A stretch of 63,865 bases of DNA, taken from Nemertoderma westbladi. Taxonomy: Eukaryota > Animalia > Xenacoelomorpha. This document shows positions 47,535 to 59,576 of this stretch, one piece after another. The position numbers and the translations under genes are program-made. The DNA is taken from positions 1 through 63,865 of the forward strand of contig JAUCBJ010007793.1 in NCBI GenBank assembly GCA_032718475.1, in the 5' to 3' direction. Position 1 is the first letter of the stretch. The number at the start of each line of letters is the position of its first letter. Below the pieces are notes generated by a model. That model was not told the origin of the DNA. It saw nothing but the letters and a program-made list of their open reading frames with translations, and did not search any database.

Positions 47535-50500
47535 GTCAGTGACCAGTGACCCAGTGGCCAGTGACATAGAAATAGAGCAAACTTGTATGACCATTGATGG
47601 AAGGTTAGATATAGACAGCGAGAGTGAGTCTGACATGTCATCAGATAATGATACATTCTCTGCACGACTTGATACTTCTGAAGCCACTAACTTAATCAGT
47701 GACAGCGATCTTTGGGACACCCAATATAAGCTATACCACCTCCTACTTGATACTGGAATTGGAGGAAGCTAGACGCCGTGTTCACCTAGAAGAATACACA
47801 GCAGCATGGATGCAACAGGAAACCTTAGAGCATAATTTCAATGACAGAGCACCATCAGAAGAAGAAGAGCGTGCAAAACAAATACAGAGAACTACCACAC
47901 GTTTTTTGCCCTTGGAAGGTAAATACGAGGTAGGTTTGCTTTGGCGTGCACCACAGCCTAAGCTGTTCAACAACAGACCGCTAGCTGAAAAACGTATTTT
48001 GCAACTCCAACGACGTTTAACATCTAACCCCCCAGCCTGTAAATTGTACAAAGAACAGATGGCTAAATTCATAGGTAAAGGGTATGCAGAATGAGTTCCC
48101 CTTGACTCGGCCCCGAGTGAAAAAACTTATTACTTGACCCATCACTATGTGGAGCGGGAAGACAAACCCGGAAAAATCCGTGTCGTATTCGATGGATCAG
48201 CACATTATAAAGGGCAGTCTTTAAATTCTGAGCTATTACCAGGGCCTAACTTGTTACAGTCTCTACCGGGGATCTTAATGCGTATGAGACAGTATGAGGT
48301 AGCCTTTGCTTCTGATATTGAAGGCATGTTTTTGCAGGTCAAGGCCTTGAGCGAAGATAGAGATAGCATGCATTTCTTGTGGTGGCCTGAGGGTGATTTT
48401 AAAGTGACACCCGTAGAATATAGAATGACCATACAAGCCTTCGGAATTATCTCTAGTCCTTCAAACTCTTGTTCAGTCTTGCACCGGACTGCAGATGACC
48501 ACAGAGATGAATTTCCAGTGTCAGTTATTAATAATATCAAACGGGACATATACATGGATGACAATTTGAAGTCAGCCCCATCAGTAGAAGAAGCTATAAA
48601 TATAGCACTTTCTACCATAGATTGTCTTAAACTAGGAGGTTTCAGGTTAACCAAGTTCGCAAGCAATTCAAGAGAGTTCTTAAAGGCAATTGAACCCTCC
48701 GAACGGGGTGACACTGAATTAGACTTGAATAAGGACGACCTGCCGGAAACAAAGACCCTAGGTCTTTGTTGGAGCACTGAGACTGACAATATGTTTTTTA
48801 AGGTTAAGTTGCGTGATGATCTAGTTAGAACCAAACGTATATGTTTAAGCATACTTAGTACATATTTTGACCCCCTAGGATTCATTAGCCCCATCATACT
48901 CATAGCTAGAGACCTTGTTCAGAGAATGTGGAAGGAAAACGACAGTTGGGATGACCCCCTGAAGGGAGAGCTGCTAGATGACTGGTGGAAATGGGAACGG
49001 TCACTCCCTGACTTGGAGAGCCTTTTAGTGCCTCGAGCATATTTCGGTAATGTCCTGCCTACCTTCGAGTTTCAACTCCATCTATTCGGCGACGCCAGTG
49101 ATAAGGGGATGGGTGTGGTGGCTTACTTTAGGGTAGTAACCCCTGAAGGAGTAAATGTAGCATTGGCTGCTTCCAAAGCACTAATTAGACCTATTGCCAG
49201 GCCAAAGGACTCCTTAACCATTCCCCGCGCAGAACTCAAAGCAGCTTTATATAGTACTATTATAGCTAAGAATATATTGGCACAAACGGACTACAACATA
49301 GTTAAGACAGTGTACTGGACTGATGCAGCTTTGGTTCTAGAATACCTAACAAACACGGTGTGCCAGTTCAGCGTTTTTGTGACCAACCGTGTTGCCATTA
49401 TCCTAAAGAACACTGAGGTTGAGCAATGGCGGCATTGTCCGGGAGTGCTTAACCCTGCAGATATTGCATCGCGAGGCGCGACACCTACGGAACTTATCAA
49501 TACGAAATGTTGGCTGGAAGGACCAGCTTTTCTACATAAACCAGAAGATGAATGGCCAGCAAATCTAACACCTGCCGAAATACGGCAGCAAGCGAAGGGT
49601 GCCGAGATTATTAAGCCCAAGGTGCAAGCATCAAAATCGAAACTTTTCAGACCTTTGGACATGACTTCGATGCATGTGCAGGAAGATCTGCGTCCTGGTG
49701 ATAGTCTGCTAATCAGTGCAGAACAACTTCCCAGTTTAATTCCAGGCCTATCCCCACTTATAACTCAAGCCTTAGATCATTATAGCTCGTGGCACAAACT
49801 TTGCCGCGCCCTCAGTATCTTAAAGAGATATGTACACTTTAGATACTCCAAGTTATCCTCCCCCTTGGGTAGCTTGTCTGCTGAAGAGGTCGATGATACC
49901 AATAAACAATTGTTGAGGCTAGCTCAGCTCCAGGATGACCCTACCAAGTACGAACACCTGTCTAAGAATCCCAACTTACGGTTCAATGATAAGTATACCA
50001 GCACAATGATTGATGGGTTAATCAGAGTTGGTGGTATACTTACAAATGCACCACTATCGCACGACACAATATTCCCAATCTTAATCTCGGATCCTTACAT
50101 ACAACGCAAAATGATCCAGGATGTGCACAGTAACTTGTTCCACGCGGGCAGGGAGCGTATACTGAGTGAGATACGTACACGGTACTATCTCATTAAGCCC
50201 AGAAATGCTCTAAACCAAGTACTACGGCATTGCATTCCGTGCAAGAAACTTTATTGCGCACCCATGACTCAAATGGAAGCCCCTTTGCCCAAGGAACGTG
50301 TGAGCTGCTACGAACCACCCTTTACCCACACAGGTGTGGATCTATTTGGACCCATTGAAGTCAAGCGCGCTAGAACTATAGTAAAACGTTGGTGCGTTAT
50401 CTTTGTATGCGTGACCTGCCGCGCTGTGCACTTAGATATGGTAAATGACATTTCCATGAACTGCTTTATATTATGCCTGCGAAGACAAATAGGTAGACAG

Positions 50501-52204
50501 CAAGCGAAGGGTGCCGAGATTATTAAGCCCAAGGTGCAAGCATCAAAATCGAAACTTTTCAGACCTTTGGACATGACTTCGATGCATGTGCAGGAAGATC
50601 TGCGTCCTGGTGATAGTCTGCTAATCAGTGCAGAACAACTTCCCAGTTTAATTCCAGGCCTCTCCCCACTTATAACTCAAGCCTTAGATCATTATAGCTC
50701 GTGGCACAAACTTTGCCGCGCCCTCAGTATCTTAAAGAGATATGTACACTTTAGATACTCCAAGTTATCCTCCCCCTTGGGTAGCTTGTCTGCTGAAGAG
50801 GTCGATGATACCAATAAACAATTGTTGAGGCTAGCTCAGCTCCAGGATGACCCTACCAAGTACGAACACCTGTCTAAGAACCCCAACTTACGGTTCAATG
50901 ATAAGTATACCAGCACAATGATTGATGGGTTAATCAGAGTTGTTGGTAGACTTACAAATGCACCACTATCGCACGACACAATATTCCCAATCTTAATCTC
51001 GGATCCTTACATACAACGCAAAATGATCCAGGATGTGCACAGTAACTTGTTCCACGCGGGCAGGGAGCGTATACTGAGTGAGATACGTACACGGTACTAT
51101 CTCATTAAGCCCAGAAATGCTCTAAACCAAGTACTACGGCATTGCATTCCGTGCAAGAAACTTTATTGCGCACCCATGACTCAAATGGAAGCCCCTTTGC
51201 CCAAGGAACGTGTGAGCTGCTACGAACCACCCTTTACCCACACAGGTGTGGATCTATTTGGACCCATTGAAGTCAAGCGCGCTAGAACTATAGTAAAACG
51301 TTGGTGCGTTATCTTTGTATGCATGACCTGCCGCGCTGTGCACTTAGATATGGTAAATGACATTTCCATGAACTGCTTTATATTATGCCTGCGAAGACAA
51401 ATAGGTAGATTTGGCACTAGTAATACTATGAAGTCGGACAAAGGCACCAACTTTATAGGAGCCAATAATGAGATAGCTAAAAGCATAGACAAGTGGAATC
51501 AGGAGCAAGTAGATAACCTATTAAAGGTCACCGCCTCCAGCTGGACATTCAATGCAGCGAATGCACCTTGGTGGGGTGGAAGTTGGGAACAGCTAATCCG
51601 TAGTGTGAAGGTAGCGTTCCACCACATCATGCCCTGCAAAGCTTATCTCACCGATGAGATATTATGCACCATACTTGAAGAGGTCTCAGCCTATCTAAAT
51701 GACAGACCTCTTATGCCCATCTCATCCAGCCCCAAGGCCTTAGAAGCTCTAACCCCCGCACACTTCTTAATGAAGAAGAAGGTTGTCATGCTTCAACTCT
51801 CACTCCCGGAGGATGGTGATGAGCACCTGCGACAGACATGGCAGATGGTGCAACTGCTGTCAAGCAGATTCACCAATCATTTTGAAAGATACTACCTTCC
51901 AAGCATCCAATTGCGTAATAAATGGTTCGCGGTGAAGGACAATGCCAGGGTAGGTGATATGGTCCTAGTGGTAGATCCGGACTTACCTCGCAAATACTGG
52001 CAAACAGCACGCATAGTTGAGACACACACCAGCGCTGATGGTCTCGTCAGGTCCATCGATCTCATAATAGTAAAGGAAAAGGGCAAGCTCAATTACGTAC
52101 AACAGCGCCTCAACAGTCCAATAGGTCGAATGGCCAGAGAAGAATCCGGAAATTATGGTCGGCAGGAGGTCAAGCCCACCAGCTTGACTTACTTCCTGCG
52201 CTAG
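47535..52204 (+). pseudogene. BEL2 pol (RT, RNase H, integrase) with a stop at about 48092 and an in-frame 912-bp duplication
   Basis: KIRVVFDGS, SDIEGMFLQ, YMDD, LHLFGDAS, TIPRAELKA, WTDA, NPADIASRG, HHCC, GVDLFGP, SDKGTNF, PWWGGSWE. Confidence 0.93.
49586..51409 (+). repeat. Tandem 912-bp (304-codon) duplication inside pol
   Basis: 49586-50497 and 50498-51409 are near-identical, with a few substitutions. Confidence 0.95.
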
Positions 52205-52314
52205 ATGGAACCATTAAACCCGACTGGTGTTTCATACCACATAATAATTATTGTGGTGTTGTGGTAGCATGAATTATATTAACTGTATATTAATAGTGCA
52301 TGATATATTTTATA

Positions 52315-53248
52315 CTACTACTACTAGGTCGAGCGAACTCGGACAGTGGAAATGAGATCCTTCCAGGCTTCCCGATTCTCCATAGTTGTCGCAATTTCGT
52401 TTCTCCCAAGTTCAGTATCCCTTTCAAGTTGATCTATATATGTTATGGCAGGTCGTCCACGACTACGCTTTCCATGAGTTGGTTGCCAGAGAAGTAGATC
52501 TGGTATGACCTCGTCTTTACTTCGCCAGCAGTGCCCACTGAATCTTAATCTGCATTCACGGAGGGTGGTTGATACAGGTGGTATTGTACCATAAAGCTCG
52601 GCGTTTGTCATGTGTTGTCTCCAGCTGATGTTTAGGGCTGCCCTTAGTAGTCTTGTGTAGCAACCATCAATTCGTTGTTCAAGTGATTTAGTCAGCGTCC
52701 AGGTCTCACCCCCGTATAAAAATACACTTTCCACTGTGGCTCGAAAGAACTTAGTCTTCAGGTGCCTGGAGAGATCTGATTTCCAGATGGTATCCATTTT
52801 TGATAGAGCTACCCAAGCCTTTGCTTTCCTAACTTCTATGTCCTTTTTGCTACTCTCTATCCATGATCCAAGGTACTGGAAGTCATCGACCTTCCTTAGT
52901 TGATTATTATCAATGGTTGTCAAGTTTCCATCAACATTAAAGGTCATGAATTCGGTCTTGGTAGCATTTATATGCAATCCAACCTCCTTAGCAGCCCTCT
53001 CCACTTTATTTAGTAGAAGCTGTGCATCTGCTAGCGTATTAGAGAGCAGGGCGATGTCATCCGCAAAGTCGGTGTCTGTGACTGTAGTTGCCGGATATCT
53101 ACTACTTCTGCGTTCTTGAAGTGTGAATCCCAGATCTTCACCCTTTGTGGCCGTCCTCATTGCGTAATCCAGCACAATTACAAATAGTAATGGTGCTAAT
53201 GTGTCACCTTGCAGTACGCCAGCCAGGATTGAGAAAAACTCAGTTTTT
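52315..53248 (-). mobile_element. RTE LINE, 5'-truncated copy with an 11-bp TSD
   Basis: Near-identical to 27364-28295; (TAG)n tail; TSD TATATTTTATA (52304-52314 and 53249-53259). Confidence 0.93.
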
Positions 53249-53561
53249 TATATTTTATATTCGTAGGATAATTACTTTAGGATATACATAATATACTGTA
53301 CGTCGTTACGTATTTGATAATATTTATTACAAATAGACCAGAATTAAGAAATCGTCAGAAAGGATTTATAGAACCTCTGTCGGAATATTTCTGAAGATAA
53401 ACAACTGCCCTCACAATAACGTTGCCCAGTGCCAAGTGGACCATCTAACATATATGTAATAATTATTCCTCCACATAATTATTATATATGTTTATATTTC
53501 TAGTATTCACTCCGTTGTTGTTGTTAATTTCCGGATAGGTTTTGGTATTGCTGCCTTATAC

Positions 53562-53638
53562 GGCCCCAGTGGCTCAGTTTGGCAGAGCGTGGGACTTGGA
53601 ATCTCTAGGTACCGAGTTCAATCCCCGATTGCGGTCCC
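53562..53638 (+). other. tRNA-derived sequence (SINE head or tRNA pseudogene)
   Basis: A box TGGCTCAGTTTGG, B box GAGTTCAATCC, loop CTTGGAA, T-run downstream; acceptor and T stems pair poorly. Confidence 0.65.
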
Positions 53639-55297
53639 TGGATTTTTTCCATATTCTGAATTTTGTTTATAATAACGCTTCGTCCACTATGCATCCCCTC
53701 ATAATCGTGCAATTTGGTAATAAATATTTCATCAATAAATTTCATTTAACGATTTATTATTTTTTTTTTCAAAATGAGGTATTATTGTTAATTATTTTGG
53801 TTTAACTCCCTTTAAACGATTGAGCTGTGTTACATATCACACTCACACTCAATCGTGGGAACGGGTTATGTTATGTCGTTAATCACTAACAACCCCATTA
53901 CAAAAATTAAAAAAAAAAAAAAAAATTATGAAATCATGGATAAATTAATAAACGTGAACTTAATTCTAGAACACATAAGCTTTATTACAAGTCACGATAG
54001 TACAAGTAATTTCTAAACATAACGCGTGACAAAAATAAACCCCTAGGTCTTACTGTATTATGACGGCATAGCAAACAATTGAATGCAGAATTCCGATCCT
54101 TTATTTCGGCCAAATACTAGGTAAATTCTGGAAACGACCTGCCCCTTCTTGTAAGCCACCCAGAGTACAGTAAGAGATGTCAATTATTTAGCGTGAATTT
54201 GATGTCTAACCAATGCATGATATGCTTTAATCAGTTAATGCATCATCTTACTAAGTAAATCACGTTTATTCACTGTAATACTAACATTACTGGAACGGTC
54301 GTGATCCATTTGTTCAAACGAACTGGTGAACTATCAAAGCAATCGTGGTAAACCTAGTTTTCATCACTCTAATAGATAGTACTACTCACCTGATCACGAA
54401 ACCATAATATTAATATTAATTTGTTTATTAACTCTTACCTCAGTATTAAGACACACCCACATGCAAATTATCCCCATGATATTAAATATAATTAAATAAT
54501 TAATTTAATTTAACCATAATTGCTATGAATGTACAAAGACTAATAACATTACAGTGAGCCCAGATCTGAATAAATGAATAACACTCTATTCTAAACACTA
54601 CATTTGCCAAATATTAATAATAGCTGGATTTATTTACACAAATTTAACTCTTCCTTAATATTGATAGCGCGACATAATTCTTTATTGTACCGGTAATTTA
54701 ATTTATTAAATGTAAATTTTAAAATTGGCTCTGTACCAAGCTATGGGTTACTCATACTCATGTTAACAACATATTTATCCAAAAGGGAAATTTATTAATT
54801 CAGTTAAACTTGAAACTATATTTTAATTAATAAATATTTTAAATAAATAAATTTATTTATCTTCTCTACAATTATATTAATATTCTGGCAAATAGCATAT
54901 GAAGGGCGAAAAATATTCAAGAGTGTATGTAAAATTTAACAATTGCACACAATAACATAAAACATCAAAATAACACTAATTTATGTGCATTTACTGTAGC
55001 GAACCGTTGTTGTCATTGTGGGCTAATTGAAGTTACGCAACCATATAATCAATAGATAAAGCGGATCGCCGAATAAAGACTGTCTTTGAGTTTCCCTTGC
55101 GCGCTAGTCACCGAACCTTCCCCTCTACACCATATTCGCTGGTACGAGATTAGTTTCGGAGACGTTAGCGCGGTCATTGGGAACTCGGGGCACGCGGCGG
55201 GCGAGGATTCCGGGTGGCAACTCCGCGCCGACCCGATATATATATAATATGATGATATAATCTGATATTATAATTACTTGATATTGATATTGCGACA

Positions 55298-57616
55298 ATG
55301 GCTGCTTCCAAAGACAACCAAGATGACATAACTCGCCATCACCATCAACAACTTTCTGAGATATATAATAGAGGAATGAGGGAAATGTTGGCGGATTTAG
55401 TCTCTAGTTCTGACACCCAGTCGTCGGACCATAAATACTCCGAACGTATCCTGTCTCCTAATGAGATATCCGAAAGGTTGCATTACCGCGCCTTTCTCCA
55501 TAAGTATACTAACAGTGATGGAACTTACAAGCCCTTCCTCACTACGGGTCATCCCTCCGACCTTGAGTATTTTGAAAATACTTACGATAGAACCGAAATG
55601 GAGATGTGGCGATATCACGTTAATCAGCAACGTACCAATATAACGCAGATGGAACGTGAAGACTCCATACGGGATGATATCACCATAGACTCTATGGAGA
55701 ACCTATCTAACGAGGTGCGCTTCGATAACCTCGTCCGACATCTCCGAGAAACATACCTCAACGTTGCCAATGCTCAGAAGATTGACCGAAATTACGCCAA
55801 AGGGATCCACCCAAACCCAGTCATGGAAATCAAGCGGTTGTACCATACTATGATGTATATTACCGCTGGTCGACCGCTTCCGGTATTACCGGATCGTTTC
55901 GACTGGATGGAGGAGTACTGCAAAACCGGCGCTCGGTCTCCTCATGTAAAGAAGCAAGACTTTCGCTTGTGGTATCACTGCGACGATTGTCCCCATCCCA
56001 ATCAGCAAGTGAAGCATAATGAACGTTCACGGTGGGGTCAACCTGCAGACCACCCACGCGAACGCTGTCCCAAGCACAGCTTTACTCGATACATGTATGG
56101 CGGCTACGAGCGGGATCTCTTCAGCGTGAACGAGGGCGAATTAAAGAAACTTCAATTCGTTAACCATGCGCCCATCGACGTCCCACGGTTTTCCGTCCGA
56201 CCCCCCCTTCCGAAGGCCAAACCAGCGCCTTTGTCGGCTCGAGATCTAGACCCCCGCTACCAAGACTATATTGAATTTAGAGATATGGTATTGCCCGAGC
56301 AGTTACTTCCCCGTGAAGAACCGGAAATAGTCCCTCTCATTGCTCCCGGCATCGGAAGGGGATCGCTTCTACACGGAATTCCTGGCGACCTCCTGACCCC
56401 CGGAATGGTGATGCCTCCTCGGGAAGATGCCACCAAGCTAATAATGTCATCCAGTTTGGCAGGTATTAGCGCGCGTTTATCGAACAGTCGCCCAGAAACC
56501 TTATTGACTGAGTTGCGACTGATCGAAGAAATGGGCGAACCGTCGCTTGCCAATGAGATTGCTGTGTTACGCGACCGAATAAACTCGGGAGACACCCAAT
56601 CCTTCGCCGAGTTTCTCGCCGAACACAGTGAAAAGGTACGCGCCCAAACTCAGCGTGACGAGGAAGCCGCAGCCTTAATGGAAGAGGAACTCGCTACGTA
56701 CCGGCAGCCTTACGTACAAACTCTGCTGGAAGGCTTCCAAGTAACCCGGTATGTACATCTGTCGATGAGGTTTAAGGCATTTGGGTCTACCCAACCACAG
56801 TTATTCAGCGACCCAACGCAAACTGCTTGCGCCCTAGCTGATGCCCCCATGCTAGACGCCCCAATGATGGAACCACTCCGTGTCGACGGCGAGTTAGTCC
56901 CACCAGATAAAACTCGAGCTGACGTAATCCGGGAATCGGTCCGCTCCACCAACATCCGGCGGCGACCTTTATACCCACCGTTTTACGGGATCAAAAACCA
57001 TCCGCTATTCGTGATGCTTCAACAGCACTACGTAATACAGCCGGAGAATCCAAACGTTGACATGCGGTTCCTTCCTTTAATAAATCCTATGGATATAACT
57101 GAACTAGAAATACTCCAACAACACCTGGATTACCTTGTTAAATTAAATTCATTTAAAAGACCGTACAACATCGTAACGATCGAGGCCACTCCCAGACCAC
57201 CAATGAATCTGGCGATCTTCATGGACCACCGGAGATTGATTCATTGGAATCTTGATGTAGTTTTTGAGGAGGATGGTCTAACTTTTGTAGACGACGCCTC
57301 CACCGACCACAAACCCATGCCCAGCTACCAGTCCATAACCATAGCGAGAGGAGAAGCTGGGTCGTTGGATGCTTTGTGGGAACCGGTAGAGACCAGCTAT
57401 GCGACGGCTCAAGCTGCATGGAGACATACTTTCGAATCCATCCGCAGTTACGGCGTCATGATATATGACAACGAGGGTAGCGTACCAGACTGGGAACTCG
57501 GCTCGGCCCATTTGATACACATTCGAGGCCTTACGGGAGCCACCCACGTCTTCACGCGTACGTGTAAGGGTACTGACTGTATTCCCTACCCTCACTCCCC
57601 CTCAGCGACGCGCTAA
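55298..57616 (+). CDS. BEL2 extra 3' ORF, part 1 (unknown N-terminal domain with Cys/His motif; ExoI-like motif at its end)
   Basis: 772-aa ORF; HCDDCPH..HPRERC; GVMIYDNEG..LIHIRG; homologous remnant at the same position in BEL1. Confidence 0.8.
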   Translation: MAASKDNQDDITRHHHQQLSEIYNRGMREMLADLVSSSDTQSSDHKYSERILSPNEISERLHYRAFLHKYTNSDGTYKPFLTTGHPSDLEYFENTYDRTEMEMWRYHVNQQRTNITQMEREDSIRDDITIDSMENLSNEVRFDNLVRHLRETYLNVANAQKIDRNYAKGIHPNPVMEIKRLYHTMMYITAGRPLPVLPDRFDWMEEYCKTGARSPHVKKQDFRLWYHCDDCPHPNQQVKHNERSRWGQPADHPRERCPKHSFTRYMYGGYERDLFSVNEGELKKLQFVNHAPIDVPRFSVRPPLPKAKPAPLSARDLDPRYQDYIEFRDMVLPEQLLPREEPEIVPLIAPGIGRGSLLHGIPGDLLTPGMVMPPREDATKLIMSSSLAGISARLSNSRPETLLTELRLIEEMGEPSLANEIAVLRDRINSGDTQSFAEFLAEHSEKVRAQTQRDEEAAALMEEELATYRQPYVQTLLEGFQVTRYVHLSMRFKAFGSTQPQLFSDPTQTACALADAPMLDAPMMEPLRVDGELVPPDKTRADVIRESVRSTNIRRRPLYPPFYGIKNHPLFVMLQQHYVIQPENPNVDMRFLPLINPMDITELEILQQHLDYLVKLNSFKRPYNIVTIEATPRPPMNLAIFMDHRRLIHWNLDVVFEEDGLTFVDDASTDHKPMPSYQSITIARGEAGSLDALWEPVETSYATAQAAWRHTFESIRSYGVMIYDNEGSVPDWELGSAHLIHIRGLTGATHVFTRTCKGTDCIPYPHSPSATR

Positions 57617-57647
57617 GCATCAACAATTCGTAAAGGCTGAGGCTTAC

Positions 57648-59012
57648 GTGCGGAGTACCAACCGCCATCTGGCCATGGGAATTGACGCCGCGTTACTTCC
57701 GAGACCTGTCTTGGACATATTATTGGACGAATCAATATATAAAATGGGATCTGCCATTTATAGCGACCTGCAGGAGGACTTTCCCATAGTTATGGATATA
57801 CCGTATCCCTTTGTCGATACACAGGTCGTCCTCCCTTGGGCTCAATCCCGCGGTTTCTTCCGCATTACATATCGCCATAATAATACAGACCATTTCAGTC
57901 AAGTTAAACGCACGTCATCCGGCCATATTGCGTTCCAGGAATATGGCTGGAACTTTAAGGAAGGTGATCAGAATGCTTATCATGATATATACGGAGAATC
58001 TTACTCCTCGTATTATTTTCACGGTCCATTAACCGCCCCTGGAGCAGTATACAGCTTCATGAGCGTACCTCTACGTCCCTCGCTAGCCATGTATTTGTTA
58101 TATGAGAACTCTGCTCTGTCAGGATGGCTAGCCGATACCTGCAGTCGGACCCTACGAACACACCCGCTATTACTCGGAATACAACTTGCTAAGGTTGACG
58201 GGTCTGGTAAGTTTATTGCCTTTGAATGCTTTCGGCGGTTCTTGAAACCATTCGCCAACATTGATAGACAGTTCCGTGATAAATCTGCATTAACACATAG
58301 GGAACAACGTCGCTCTGCAGCGGACGAATTGGCGACCAGTGGATTCGCCATATTTAAGGAAGTTTGTACCTCGAACCTCCATCGGACCATTTTGGAACGG
58401 CCAATAGTATCCCCTGGGTTCTCTGTAACCGACGTCCAAACCATAGCGCCTGACCCCACGGGAAATCTCGAGAAACCTACCCGTTTGGAGGCCTCCCCTA
58501 TCGTAGACACCCCAACGCCAGTCGTAGATGATGATACCAAACTATTAGAATGGTATTGTGGTGTTGAACAACTGACGATCCGTAAATACCGAAACTCCGT
58601 TATCCCTAAGCGAAGCAGATGCCGACATTGCGGTCTAAGGACACATAGAACTCCGACCCAGCCCGGAGCTCTGTGCGAGTATCATACGGGATATGTCGAC
58701 ATTAACATATATTGCCCATATTGCCGAGACAGCGGTGACCACACATTTTTTACTTATACCGTCTTCGTCACCCAATGTGAGCGGTGCCATTTCAAAGGAC
58801 ACGCCGGCCCAGACTGCCCCTTCAATGTCAATATCAACCGCGATGATGAAACAAATATTAATAAATATATTCGAGCCTGGGAGAGCTTCGCTGATTTGAA
58901 CTCTGAATCATCATTGCGACACGGAAACGACGAAAGTTCAGTTCGGCATATACGCGGTAAATCCATTCGCGCACGCACGCGAGGAACAGCGCGCTTGGTT
59001 GCCCAGTTATGA
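57648..59012 (+). CDS. BEL2 extra 3' ORF, part 2 (DEDDy/WRN-like 3'-5' exonuclease core plus zinc knuckles)
   Basis: LPRPVLDILLDESIYKMGSAIYSDL..FVDTQ (ExoII-like), YLLYE (ExoIII-like), CRHCGLRTH, CPYCRDSGDH, CERCHFKGHAGPDC. Joined to part 1 by removing one C from the C5 run at 57597-57601. Confidence 0.7.
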   Translation: MRSTNRHLAMGIDAALLPRPVLDILLDESIYKMGSAIYSDLQEDFPIVMDIPYPFVDTQVVLPWAQSRGFFRITYRHNNTDHFSQVKRTSSGHIAFQEYGWNFKEGDQNAYHDIYGESYSSYYFHGPLTAPGAVYSFMSVPLRPSLAMYLLYENSALSGWLADTCSRTLRTHPLLLGIQLAKVDGSGKFIAFECFRRFLKPFANIDRQFRDKSALTHREQRRSAADELATSGFAIFKEVCTSNLHRTILERPIVSPGFSVTDVQTIAPDPTGNLEKPTRLEASPIVDTPTPVVDDDTKLLEWYCGVEQLTIRKYRNSVIPKRSRCRHCGLRTHRTPTQPGALCEYHTGYVDINIYCPYCRDSGDHTFFTYTVFVTQCERCHFKGHAGPDCPFNVNINRDDETNINKYIRAWESFADLNSESSLRHGNDESSVRHIRGKSIRARTRGTARLVAQL

Positions 59013-59246
59013 AATGCTTAACCGGATAGCTGCCTGTACTAACACTCGGCTTGTGCGCGCATTCCTCCGTACCCTCAATCCTGGGCGAGTGGAAAGCTAC
59101 AACATAATCAGCTTCATAAAGAATGCCGAAGGATATGGCCCGGTGTTCTTAAAAGGCCACCGGAGCTCTTAAAATGTTACCGTGTTCCAGTTGAACATGC
59201 TCACCGTGAATGCGCGATCCTTAAGGCGGTTCAACCTCGAATCTTT

Positions 59247-59576
59247 ATGGGAAATGATACCGGTACAATAGGTGGCGTCGCCACCCAAACCGTCTCAATC
59301 GTACCTGTAGTTGGTGCCGATATCCCAAAGCGACCGGATCCTCCAACATTACTGAGGATATCCGAACCAGAACCCTCGCCTGGTACATCTATCAGAACCG
59401 ATAACGACGATACCTTATCGTCCGATATTGTCGACATACATCCGGCTCCCGACGAAACTCTCATGGAAGTCGTCCTCGACTCCATCCATCCTCCAGCCGA
59501 CACTCAAACGCATATACATAGTCATATAAAACGAAGAAAACGACCATATATGAAAAGGACCAAAAAAAAAAAATAG
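59247..59576 (+). pseudogene. Probable C-terminal piece of the extra ORF (Pro/acidic tract and basic tail)
   Basis: Same frame as part 2 and same composition; ends KRRKRPYMKRTKKKK, like the basic tail of the BEL1 remnant. Confidence 0.5.

Noticed and set aside
48205-48903. 232-aa antisense ORF and similar antisense ORFs over gag/pol
   Set aside because: Shadows of the sense coding frame, with no motifs of their own.
53562-53638. Functional tRNA-Pro(TGG) gene
   Set aside because: Acceptor, anticodon and T stems contain mismatches; better read as a SINE head or pseudogene.
58570-58605. CTGACGA..GAAA hammerhead-like words
   Set aside because: Helix II does not close properly and the site lies inside a coding region.
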